From: Ophelia neglecta | Taxonomy: Eukaryota | Assembly (NCBI GenBank): GCA_965285935.1 | Contig: OZ260661.1 | Span: 61,752,001 to 61,816,000 of the forward strand | Length of the DNA stretch: 64,000 nucleotides | Direction: 5' to 3' | Shown here: in pieces, positions 52,501 to 64,000 of the stretch | Numbering within the stretch: position 1 is the stretch's first letter | How the letters are laid out: every line of letters starts with the position of its first letter | Position numbers and translations under genes: made by a program | The notes under the pieces: model-generated | Told to the model about the DNA's origin: nothing | The model's database searches: none | What the model saw: the letters and a program-made list of their open reading frames with translations, nothing else

Positions 52501-54934
52501 TATGCAAGGTAACGGATTGTTGGTGAAACAAGAGACTAGATTATGGACTAATATTTAGTGGGATGAATCAGTTTTCTCATAACCCTCTCTTGACAAGCAT
52601 GATGATTGAATAGGGGCAGGTGAGTGTCTCTTTCCAAGTGCTTCAAAGCAAACACCCCTGTCATTTATTGACAAGACCTCCAATGCTGAAACACCCACAA
52701 AAAGACAATGTGCTAATAGAAAACAGCACAAAGAAAATCTCCCATTTGGCCCTGATATTACCTGCAGCTATTGAAGATTAATTACAAACTGTGCAGAATT
52801 GAAGAAGTGAGGAGAATAGGAATGCACTCAAATGACTAGCCGGTCTTCACATATATCATATTGGCTTGTTTGAGGTGACAAGAGTGGAACAATTATTTCT
52901 ACACAGGCCAGGGAGCACTCTCTGAATTGAGGTGAAATGAACTACCTTCCCATTCTTCTTGTCTCTCGCTGCTAGTCCTAATGGGCTGGTTAGGTGAAAT
53001 TGATTCTCCTGCTTTTTAATGGGAAGGAATTAATTTCTATATTTACTCTGGATTTTTTTTGGCCAGTCCTTCCTTCCACCTGAACCCTGAGGGTACCAGC
53101 CTACTGAAGGGCAATTGTCTTCACTGTATTGATCTGAAAAATAAATGTTTACACAGTATATTTAGTAGGATTGACAGGAACAGACTCAGTGCCACTTACT
53201 GTGCAATCTGAGGACATCATCTGTGCATCACTTACCTCATCACACTGCAAGACAACCTTTTTTTTTCAGCCTTGCAATTTTATTTAGATTGTATTTAGTT
53301 CAGAAAATATTAACTACTGATGCCCCTAACTGAAATATCTTCAGTTTTAAGGGATAAACCAGGTGTGTAAATAACACAAGAATAAAAGGACTGTGTTGAA
53401 GCATTGAATGTTTCAACCATAGGCTCTGTCGGTCAGTGTTGGGCACATTGAAATATGTGGTTTTGATAAAACATCACTTATTTTGAAAAATCCAGGAGGC
53501 TAATATTATGCCAATTCCTAATAAGAAAAAGGGGAAGAGAAAGGCATGGCTTGCACCTATTAAATGTGGAAGGGAACATGCACTGCTTGACAAATGTAAA
53601 CCGAGAAAAAAACCCAGAGTGGACACATGGCAGACAAGCCAAAATCATCAAAAATGAATATTCCATTAAAACGATCGAAATCAGGCCTACCCCCCCCCCA
53701 CCCCCCACCCCCCCCCTCAACACAACAATTCCCAGTTCCAAAGCAAAATATAAAATTGACATCATTTGCAATGAGAAGAAGTAAACAGTTTCCATGATGG
53801 GAGTGAGATTTGTGCAGCGATAATATGTAGATTAAATTGTGTGCAGCTATAAGTTTGAATTTCCTACATTCTATGAAATAAAAAATAGACAGATAAAGCA
53901 TGAATTTGACACAGAACACAAAGATGGGATTCCAGAGGGAGCACTGATCAATGATATATCTAAAACAATAATCTGGGGAAATATATTTATTGTAATTGCT
54001 GACAGTTAACCACTAAAAGGGCATATGGTCAGAAGGGACAATTCCTAGTTATTGTGAAGATAATTTTCAAAAATGAATTATCATCAGAACCCTTGCATGC
54101 ATAAATAACATAAAACTACAAAACATTAATATTAACTTCATCATAAATTCAAGATATATCATTGTGCTTGCATGGGACATTAGTGAAGCAGCTAGATAGG
54201 TGAACAAATTGTCTGTTTGTGAATGGAAATTTCACTGGAAAATCTTTATATTGGGCATGATCGAAAATTGAAAGTGGGTAAACCAAAATTTATCTAAGTA
54301 ATAAAAAACCCTGAAGAGATTTGAAGTTCGATTTTTCATGTGGCAAAATACACAACAAATGTTGTATCTTCTTGTTGCCCTGTAGTCCGCCTATAGCTAC
54401 TTTTGCCTAATGAATACTAGAATTTTATATGGTGATGATCTGCAATTTTGATTATAGCAATGACATTTAAATTTGTTTGTTCTAAAACAATAACCTGACC
54501 CCTCCCCATTGATATCAAATGGTATGCCACTTAGCCAATACATGAATACAGGCTATAGGCCTACTTATAGGCCTAATTGGGGGTGGGGGTGGGGAGGTGG
54601 TTGAGTCGGTTAGGTGGGGTGCATGAGGAAATGTAATCATAGTTTAAAGGAAATGATATGCCTTTTTCACAACTCAAATATACTATATGAAAGAAAAAAT
54701 GAGTTTTTGTGAAAAGAGGTAAAGAATGATATGGTCACATATTATCCTTTTTCACATGAAAACTTTGGCTCTTTGCAGTTCACAAGTAAACTATCTGGAT
54801 AATCTACTAAACTTTACATGGTCAGTCATTTTTGCACGAAAGATGGTGAATAAATCCAAATTTCACTGTTTGGCAAGGAATATGTTTGTGACTATCACGG
54901 CTCACGAAAATACCCCCCCCCCCCCCAGATATTG

Positions 54935-55636
54935 AACCAGTCGCGGTGATGCATACAGTTTTGACCCCTGTTTGCACATGGCGCGCTAGACTTAGGCGAC
55001 ATCTGTTGGGAGTTACTTGAGATGCCTATCTACAGCCGCACAAGGCCCAGCGCACCACGCCTCACAATGCACTGTGAAGCCGACAGTGGTAAGATACAGT
55101 GGGAGCTGTTTCGGTAAAAAAAAGTGTAGTTTGTCAAAAAACGCTGAATACATATTTATGAACTAAATCGAAAGAAGGCCTCTTAGTACATATTAGACTT
55201 TAATGGAGAAAATGAATCAATCAAAACGAGTTGTTCTATTTTTTATATCAAAAGTGACAAACAAATAGGCACTTGTTAATGTTTGATACTTTGATCCCGG
55301 TACTAAAAAGGAGGCTTGCAACACTTTAAAGGTAGTGACAACAGTCGACGTAGATTTTGCTCAGGCGCAGCAGGAATCGGTCAATCCGCTTTCTAGACAA
55401 AGCGCTAAAGACACAAACCCAAAACTCGATAAAGCGCACCAGCCTTAATCCGTATAAGGACCGCTATCTTGAAAGGTACCTCAAGGTGTTCTGTGATAAT
55501 CAATGTACTGGGTTTGACTCAACCGTCATAAATTTGCTCTATGACAGTGATGGGACCGGAAACCAGATCTTGTTTCCAAGATTGTACATGCGCATTGTTT
55601 CCCCAGTCACATCACTTTGAATGAAATGATTCCACG
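54935..55636 (+). promoter_or_regulatory. CpG-enriched promoter/5' UTR region of the ZEB-like gene
   Basis: Local rise in CpG and GC immediately upstream of the ATG exon; TSS not defined. Confidence 0.45.
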
Positions 55637-55694
55637 ATGGCTGCTGAGTCCAGGTGGGGACGAAGAAAACAGAAAAATCCACGCAGGAAAGACG
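55637..55694 (+). CDS. ZEB: first coding exon of a probable ZEB/zfh-1 zinc-finger homeobox repressor (MAAESRWGRRKQKNPRRKD); rest of the gene presumably beyond the window
   Basis: ACGATGG Kozak context; 19 codons plus 1 nt, then a GTAAGT donor. Aligns without gaps to the ZEB1 N-terminus MADGPRCKRRKQANPRRNN (RRKQxNPRR, NuRD-interaction motif). Other RRKQ-motif families (FOG, SALL, TSHZ, ZNF423) start M-S/P-RRKQ and fit less well. Confidence 0.72.
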
Positions 55695-58600
55695 GTAAGT
55701 CAGCCTTTCACGTTGATGTTGATGGTTAGCTAGTAATGGTTCTTTGGGTTTGTTAACTTTGTATGGTTGTTTTTATTAGTTAAGACCTTAAAAGGAGTGA
55801 TTAATTGTCTGTCCACCGCGCCCAGTCATGGCACCTGGATTCTGGCATGGGATGTGTATTGATCTCTCTTCATCACTTGACTTGTCGGACAATCATGTCT
55901 GAATTATTTATAAACTAAGTAGCATCACTTGCCTCGAGCGATACCGTGTTCTGCTAGCTTTGGACATCTTTGGATTACATTCGTTACGAGTTTACTATAG
56001 TTTTTGACAAGTTGGAAGGTGTCAAAGTCCAGCAACCAGGATGCTGATAAGTGATGCTATGGCACAAGATGGAGTCGTGATCTAGTGAATGCGCGTCACC
56101 GTTGGATTACCAATCGGCTGCCATACCGAGTACAATGTAAGGTGGAAAGTCAGTGACAACATGTGGTTCTGTGGCAACGGTCTCTTTTTGAATAGATGTG
56201 TATCAGAATTATGTACTTAAGAAAGAATGGGTTATTTACCTTCTAAGTTGAAATTGTGCCTAACACATTTCATATACAGGTGTTCTTACAGAAAGTAGTA
56301 CTAGATCTACACATTTGTATTAACATGGACACTTGGTTGAAGGAAGGTTTTGTATTAGTTTCAGGAGAATTCCAATGATCATATGTAAATGAAATTTTGG
56401 CACATCTAATAAAATATGATAAAATTATATATAATACAAATAAATTTGCCATCTTAACTTTTATAAGATAAGACATGAAAAATTATCTGGAATAGATGGA
56501 TCTAATCCCAGTTGACTGATTCACATAAATTAGGTGCTATGGACTATGAAGGCCTATTCATAGCTGCTCTAATTAAGATCAGGAGAATAAACATATAATA
56601 ATATTAATTGCAAACTTTCCAAATTTTGAATATTTTCATTTCAATTGAAATGGATGTATGTGACATACCAATTGGCCATCATAGGTTTATCAAAATATAA
56701 TGTTCATTTTGTACAGGTTACTTGTTGGCCTATTTAAATTATAACCTATGCAGGTCTTTGAAGGAAAACAATATTGCCAATTATATATCTAATGAGTTTA
56801 TGATCTTTAAATGAGTTGAACTATATTGAGTAAAAGCTGACATATCCCTAAATTATCATGACATCTGTTTTGCCATCCTCAGTGAATGAGTTTATAAATA
56901 AGTATTGTCATCACACTGGCACTCCTCATATGAAGTGAGCGATCTGCTCTGTCTTATTTCTAAACTCAAATGTTGACACTCGGAGTAATGTGGCAACTTC
57001 AACCCCTAAATCAATTACTAGTATATATATGTGATCTTGTACACAGTTAATGTAGACCTACAATACATGTGTGTGTATGCAAATGGTCTTGTGTACCTAC
57101 ACAGTAGATGCACACTTCAGCCAGGCTTTGTTATTAACAATAAATATAGAAATGTTATTATTTTGGTCAATGAAGCTTTTTCATGAATTTTCATGAAGTA
57201 ATGTTTTAAGCTACTAATAACCTCCATTTATTAGCAATGGTGTAAACTTGTATGTTTTAAATCATTGGACTATTAAATCGGTGGAATTTCCCATTCAAAT
57301 GATTTTTTTTTTATAATTCCTTTACATGCAAGTTGATAGGTGCTGGAGATTATGTATGGTCTATTTGTATATTTTAAGAGGATAGCGATGTCTATCCTGA
57401 AAAGAAAGTCGCAAGACCAAATTACTTCCAAAAGTCCCTTTATTTCCTTCCTGATTAGGAAACTAAGTGAACTGTGGCTCCAGACTAACAGACCTGGATA
57501 TGTTACTATCTGGTGTAAACACTGTTTCCTCCCCTCCTCTAATTTAGAGGATAAGGTATCCTGCTGATCAGTGTTTTGCTTTTGGCTTATTGTCAAGGAC
57601 CTTTATCCGGCTGAGAAAAACCATATGTCATAGAGTAGAATTGATGTAATTTCTGAAACCTGTTAAGCTCTGTAACCTTAGTGACTGACACATCTGTATA
57701 CCCGGATTTAGAGTTTTGTTTTTGCCAATAAAGGTGGAGGTAATATAGCACTTTCAACATGTCTCCAATGCCCAAGGTGATGAGAAAATTGTGCTTTTCT
57801 GGTCCTATCTGGTGCCTTTGATTGTAATGAGCCAGGCTAGAACGAGCATTTATCAACATTTAAGGCAAAATGATATTAAGGATGCAGTGGGGTTCAGCCG
57901 GCAAAAGCATCTTATCTTTCCATTAAAATGCCTTTCCCAATCGTCAAAGGTAATGCAGCACAGTTTATCAAAACCAGGTGCCCTATGTCTTGGTGTCTCC
58001 AGACGAAACTCTAACCCAGTGAGAATAAGTTTTACGTGCCTTTGCTGGTTATCTTTGCCCCAGACCCTTGGCACTGGGTCCCACATCTGATATTGAGCAC
58101 CCCTGTGTTTTGTTATTTTTTTGCATACTAGAGTTAGTTCATACCTTTTGATGCTGCATGCACATGTACATGTGAATGTACATGTATGTTCAAATTCAGC
58201 TAACACCAGACAGGGCACCATGAACATGTACATGTTCATGTTCTGGTTGGTGTCTAGACTAAGAAAGGTATACAAGTAAAATCTACATCCCTTGTCACAG
58301 GTTTTATCACATTCAAAAAATAGTTTTCCCTTTGCCTCCATATCAAGGCACGGAGGGAATTGTTATGTTGATGAGACATAAAAAGTCAATTCATGTTGAA
58401 CTCTGTAGATGTTCTTTGCTTCATCCATCAACAGCATCAGTTACTAGTATTTGATATTCTGAAATAGTATATTTATGGAAGTATCATGAGATTATTTTTT
58501 GATGTACATTTACACAAATGATCACATATATAATTTGATATTAGTTGCATACAACTATCATTGTACATGAATTTTGATTATTAATGAGATTTATTTAACA

Positions 58601-58805
58601 GTTGCTAACTATCATTATTTATTTGAAAATAATTAGAAAACAAATTAAATGTTTGCCAGGCATCCGATAAGATGATGTTTTGGGCTCAGGAAATACTATT
58701 TTCCTTTTGCACTGTCTGATACTACACTCGACAGGCAAATATTTTCTTTGCGCCACGCCACCTGGCTATGGATTTGACATCACTCGCCGTTCCACGAAAT
58801 CCGAA

Positions 58806-58821
58806 ATGGAGGAGAACCAAG
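58806..58821 (+). CDS. candidate alternative first coding exon (MEENQ, phase 1) of the ZEB-like gene
   Basis: CpG-rich patch, GAAATGG Kozak context, strong donor AAG|GTAAGC, same phase as the 55637 exon. Confidence 0.35.
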
Positions 58822-61800
58822 GTAAGCCTTTCGAGTGGGGCATTGTTTGACCAAAATAATGGCTGCATTTTGTGTCAGGCCAGCCTTATGTGGTATTGCT
58901 GCACCTCAAGGTTAATTTAATGATATGTGTACAGAATAATGAGGCTTTTGCCTCTGAAAGAGCTGATTATCCAATTTCGTCACATTGGTCTTGTTTGGTG
59001 AAGCCCGATATGGTGGACTCCCCAGTTAAGCTATAAGGTAAATCATTGTTCAATTGATATAAAGTTGGCTGTATTATGCCAAGAAATGTTCACTTTGATC
59101 ATTGAATGGACTTAGCAGGATCTAGGTGTCTGATTCCTCGTGTCATTGAAGGCAACACCTTGCCGGAGAAGACAAAAATGGCAGAAACCATACAGTAAAC
59201 ACCTTTCTTTTCTGAGGAACGGATCTGATGAATTATTAATGTGCTGAAGTGATGGATAGAAGGCTTCAGCCTCATCACTATATGGAGTAGATTTCAGGGT
59301 GGCTGCTGCATCATCACTCTTTGGCATGTGTTCCCAAACTATAGGTACATCAGTTGTCAGGTTTATCAGCCTATTATGTTGTTTTGTCAGGAGAATGTTA
59401 ATGATATTCATGAGCATTTCACATACACATACATGTACAAGCACTGTACTCTAAACAAAATGCTGGGAATCCTGTAAATACAACCTGACTTCTGTTAGTA
59501 CAACTACATACAGTTTATATATAAATTAGAATCTGGAACTTAAATTGTGTATTCATAATTTAACACACCTTTGAATAATTGATTTTACCTTTTCACCTGT
59601 ACATTATGGATTTTTCTATTGAATTTTACCGTGAGATCCTGAGCTTTTTAGAGCAACCATTTGTTCAATTTATATCAATAATTGTAGTAATAAACATCAA
59701 GGTGTTTTGCTCTAACCTGTCTGCACATGTGTCACATATTAATAGGTATATATGCCATTCATGGTCAGAGATGATATTTGTTCAGTTTTCCTTCCTAAGC
59801 CTAAATGTCTAGTAGTCAGTTTCACCTGTGATAATCAATTATTTCCACGTGTGCATCCCATACCTACAGATGCAGTTCTTTGAATTCCAATTCAAGGTGT
59901 GCCTACATGTACATGTTGAATTGATTGACAAAGCAAGTCAACCTGATAAAAGATTAACAGCTGCCTTGAATTTCAATAAAAAAATAAGCTTTACGTGCTG
60001 TTTCAGGTGTGCTATTGGTAAAGTCATCAATAATGTCTTTAAAAGTGATCGCCACCTTCAGCAGGATTTATTATGAATTAATTTATTCCCCAGCACACTG
60101 AAGCTATGCATTGAGTCATTTTAGCTCTGGATTTAATAAGATATGTGTATATATTATAAGATTTTTTTACTGGGTGTTTATGTTTAGTTTGTATTGTAGC
60201 ATACCTGTTTATTGTCTGGGCATTGGAACTTTCCATTTTATTCAGGTGTTCATATTTATTAAAATTATAAGGTGGTAGCAGATGTGGAACTGTATGTTAA
60301 ATTGCCATAAGGATTTTGATTTTCAATAATCCATTGATTGTTTGTGTCATAAGGGAAAGTTTACACATGTGCATGCATAATATACACAGGTAAAAATAAA
60401 AGTCAGTTCCAACTTATTAGCAGCACCACCATTAGTCCCACCAAGAGCTAGCTTGATCAAGTGGGATTTAGATGGAATTATTTACCTGATAATGTCCAAG
60501 TTGTACACAGCTGTAAAAACTCTACTATAATCAACCGAACCAAGTCAGGATCAGGTAAAAAGCTGATATTATATTTGTATTATCTTCAATTTGAAGTATC
60601 TTTCATTTTCTTTTTATTTCTTGCAGTCCATTTGAGTCTGACCATCTCATAATGACCTCCTTGTTTTGCACAGCTGATCTATTGTCTTCTGGGTACATTA
60701 TCAGTTAGGGAGATAGGAATGGTGCTTTCTGAGGCTGCACTAATATACCCCAAGGCCCTGTTCTGTGACTGATTAGGATGTAGTCCAAAAGTAAACACAG
60801 ATAGGCACCTGGAAGTGAGGGGCGTGTTGATTCTAACTGTTTAGATAATAAGAGGTTTTGTAGGTTTTTATCTTGTGAATTTAAATGAAAGACATACTTG
60901 TCATCCCGACACTTTACATGTGTTATTACTGCGAGGTTTCATAAACATGGTTTTAAAACCAGCCAAGTAAGGAATATTTATCTATTTTTTATTGTAAAGT
61001 GCATAGCTGTGCATGTTTAGTGCAAGCACCATTGTGGCCGCTTCCCACTTTTCACTTGTCTTTTTTTTTGAGAGGCCCAACCATGTTGATTTTATACCTT
61101 GGTGATTTCTTGGGTACTAATGAAGTTTCAGAATCTTAGGAAAAATTGCATAATTATCAAATTTGTTTCTTTTGGTTAGTTGATTTTCATTGTTAATGCC
61201 TAGTAAGTTGTTTCTTTTCATTACATCCACTTAAAAATGTAAATATTTATAATTTGATAGAAATTGATTCCCTTTCACATTATCTATAAAATGGTTTCAT
61301 GAACAATTGAAATGATTGTGAAAAACCTTGAATGTAGCTGTGACAAATCATGAAATAAGATAGTGGACAAAACATGAAAGAATAATCCAATCATTTATGC
61401 TAATATAAATGGAAAGGGTGATGTAATGAAAGCAATGTGCTTGATGATATCTGGCAGATAGTGTGCTCACACTTTGACTTCTGATCAAAATAAAAGAGAC
61501 AAACCAAAAGACAACACAGTATAACTTAACAGCCCTTTCATAAAGAAGACCTCCAGTGGATAGAAAACCATTTTTCATTTAATCACACTTTACTGAGCAT
61601 TGTTCAAAGGCTGTACCTTTTATGCGGCAATAGGATGATGGCCACTTTAAGCAGATGATCCTGTCACCGAGGGACGAGGCATAATGCACCGCACCTGTTT
61701 AAGTAAGCTCGGAGCATTGTCACTTTCATTGGTGAGTCCGGGAACAGGTGATCACTGGCCGCGAGGGATCACAGATCAAAGACATGCGCCATGGACGCCA

Positions 61801-64000
61801 CAGCAAACCACCAACCTCATTGTCCTGTCAGCATTCATAAATTTTGATTACAGGGTTCTCTGGCAAACTATTACAGTTATATTCCTGCATGCTGTCCATT
61901 TTGAGGACATCTCTCTTGGGCAGACAGAGAGAGGACAGTAACATTGGGTCTCTGCTGCCAGCTATTGTGCTAAGTGATTCAGGTGTGTTTTTGATTATAG
62001 AGCACCCTCTGAACTGTTATTTTTTATTTGTACAACATGCAAAGGGGTGTTGTGTAGTAATTGTTTAATGAGTTGATATCTGCCCGGTGCAGAAGCATTG
62101 GTCTGGTGTCTGGGAAAGTGTGCGTCCTTCCCAGATTGCGTGTCATGCCATTGTCATTTTAATGCTGCATGTGCTGGGGTTCATTTACATGGAGGTATGT
62201 TTTAGTTACCTTAGCAGGTTTAATCGCCCATGCAAGTCTGTGGGATGCTGATAGGAGCTGCCAACAAAAGATTGACGTGTGCCTATTGTCAATATTTTGT
62301 GACCGTGATCTCAGAGATTTGCCGAGGGCAGCATGCCGAATGGCATGATAATATCCAATGTAATACACTGAACACCTTCTGGAACTACTGCCACAGAATT
62401 TCTTTTGTACTGGGCCTTATTGCCTGGGTAACTGTTAATGAACTTGATAAAAATGCAATCTTGAGACTAAAATATTACCATTCAAATTCATGCCACACAA
62501 TGATGCTTTGCCTGTCTACTCTTCAAGTCCAACAGTATAATACCACCTTAAGCCTAACACAGGTATCTGACACACACACAAATGCAAGAGTTCTTTACAA
62601 GGATAAAAAAAACCAAAGCAGATTTGTGTTTGTTTTTGCTGCAGAGTTGGGTAGATTTGGCCCATATAAGGCAGCGATGCCATTGATAGGTGCTGCCCTA
62701 GAGACCTGATCGAAGGCTGCATCCAGCCAAGATCCAATCTTCAATCAAGGTACCAGATGTCAACCTAGGCCATGTGGCTCTGCCCACTAATTAAATATTC
62801 TGCATTCAGTCCTTCTAATCAAGTTTTCTGTGAAAAGCTACTGTTTTTGATGAAATTCACAGGTCTAGCTGGTCATTTGCCTAATTGGAAAAACTAAAAG
62901 AAACCACAATTGAAAATGCAGCAGGGGTTATTGGAACAGTTAAGCCCAGGGTGAGACATGGATTGTGTCTTCCTGACATCTCCAGATCATTTGAATGTGT
63001 GTGAGAGAAATTGTCTGATCGGTGGATCAATAACTTTATATTAAAAATTAATCAAATGTATCAAAATACAAATTGATGTTGCTTTGTCTGTTTGGCGGGA
63101 TAATCTTCAGAGTATTAGACAGGGATTTCTGAAACTGACCAGGTTCATAGCAGACTGAATTTGTTATTAACATCCAATATCATACTTGTCACTGTAGATG
63201 TAGGTGACTAATCACAGTTTGTCATGTTTAAAGGCTAAGGGGCATCTACCCAATAGGCTCTACAGAGTAAACTCACCTCCTAAATTGTTTGAATGGTGAA
63301 TCACCTATCACAAGATTTCTCTAACTACATCAAATGCAGTATCCAATGAAGAAATTCTTGAACAGTTTGTACCTTTGTTTTGGCTTTGATTCATGATATC
63401 ACCTTTATTGCTGCATATTTATCATAAAATGCTGGGTGGCTGGTTCCATTAGTGGTTCCCCAAAGTGTTTAGAACATTTACCTATTCAGGCAGAAGTGAT
63501 GCAGGGACCCCATATGGGAGGCCCCATCTGTGAGGTAGATTACCAGGCTGGCTGGTCAGTCAGCCTGTCAACTTGTGACACATATTGTCAGATGAAATTA
63601 GAATCTAATAAGATTTTGGTCACTTTTCCCAGATATTTGTTAAGGTGTGTTTCTGTTGGCAAGCCAGGTTGCAGCAATTTAAGGCATCTACATTTCTCCA
63701 TTAAGCATGGTCGTTAAATTTATGCAGCCCCGATCAGAAGAAATCTGATCTAGTTTGCAGCAAACCCTTGGGTTCTCCATAATATGGTGTTATATGGACA
63801 TTTATCATTTTTATGTCCTACCAAATTTAGAAGGTGTTTGGTTAACATAGGGATTTATAAGAAAGGTTTTTTCAGGTACTTAATTTTACACGCCCATAAA
63901 CTCGAATGTATTACATTTTATTTCTGTAAAAATTTAGTGGTACATGCATATACTGACGTTATTAAAGCTAAAGGTGTGGAATTTTATTGAACATAAGAAA

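Noticed and set aside
57273-58341. Minus-strand ORFs of 88-162 aa
   Set aside because: No domain similarity; they include TACATG/TGCA low-complexity sequence and lack a consistent splice chain.
61655-61731. Possible ZEB exon 2 (AG...GTGAGT, open in phase 1)
   Set aside because: Weak polypyrimidine tract and no ZEB-like residues; more likely regulatory sequence, as it overlaps E2-boxes.

Overview
AT-rich (roughly 36% GC by eye), intron-containing animal genomic DNA, most likely a marine invertebrate (lophotrochozoan-like); not prokaryotic, and no CRISPR array or RNA gene is supported. Three genes are readable. (1) A two-coding-exon, 76-aa neuropeptide precursor on + (6179-7188) of the GnRH/AKH/ACP superfamily, predicted to release an atypical 14-residue peptide pQLTQSLGWGSAGSP-amide. 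(2) A complete RGS12/loco orthologue on - (32015-8885): 14 core coding exons with consistent splice phases, about 1992 aa, PDZ-PTB-RGS-RBD-RBD-GoLoco and a C-terminal SFV motif. It has candidate alternative first exons, a 15-nt polybasic microexon, a GoLoco motif one residue shorter than consensus, and a 25-bp tandem repeat built from its last codons and stop. (3) The first coding exon of a probable ZEB/zfh-1 gene on + (55637-55694, MAAESRWGRRKQKNPRRKD), too short for the ORF track, followed by an intron rich in CACCTG boxes and a possible second first exon. Several non-autonomous transposons (TA-flanked MITEs, a TIR element with a 6-bp TSD, a truncated SINE) are also visible. All gene models were built by hand from GT-AG sites and frame continuity; no database search was run.
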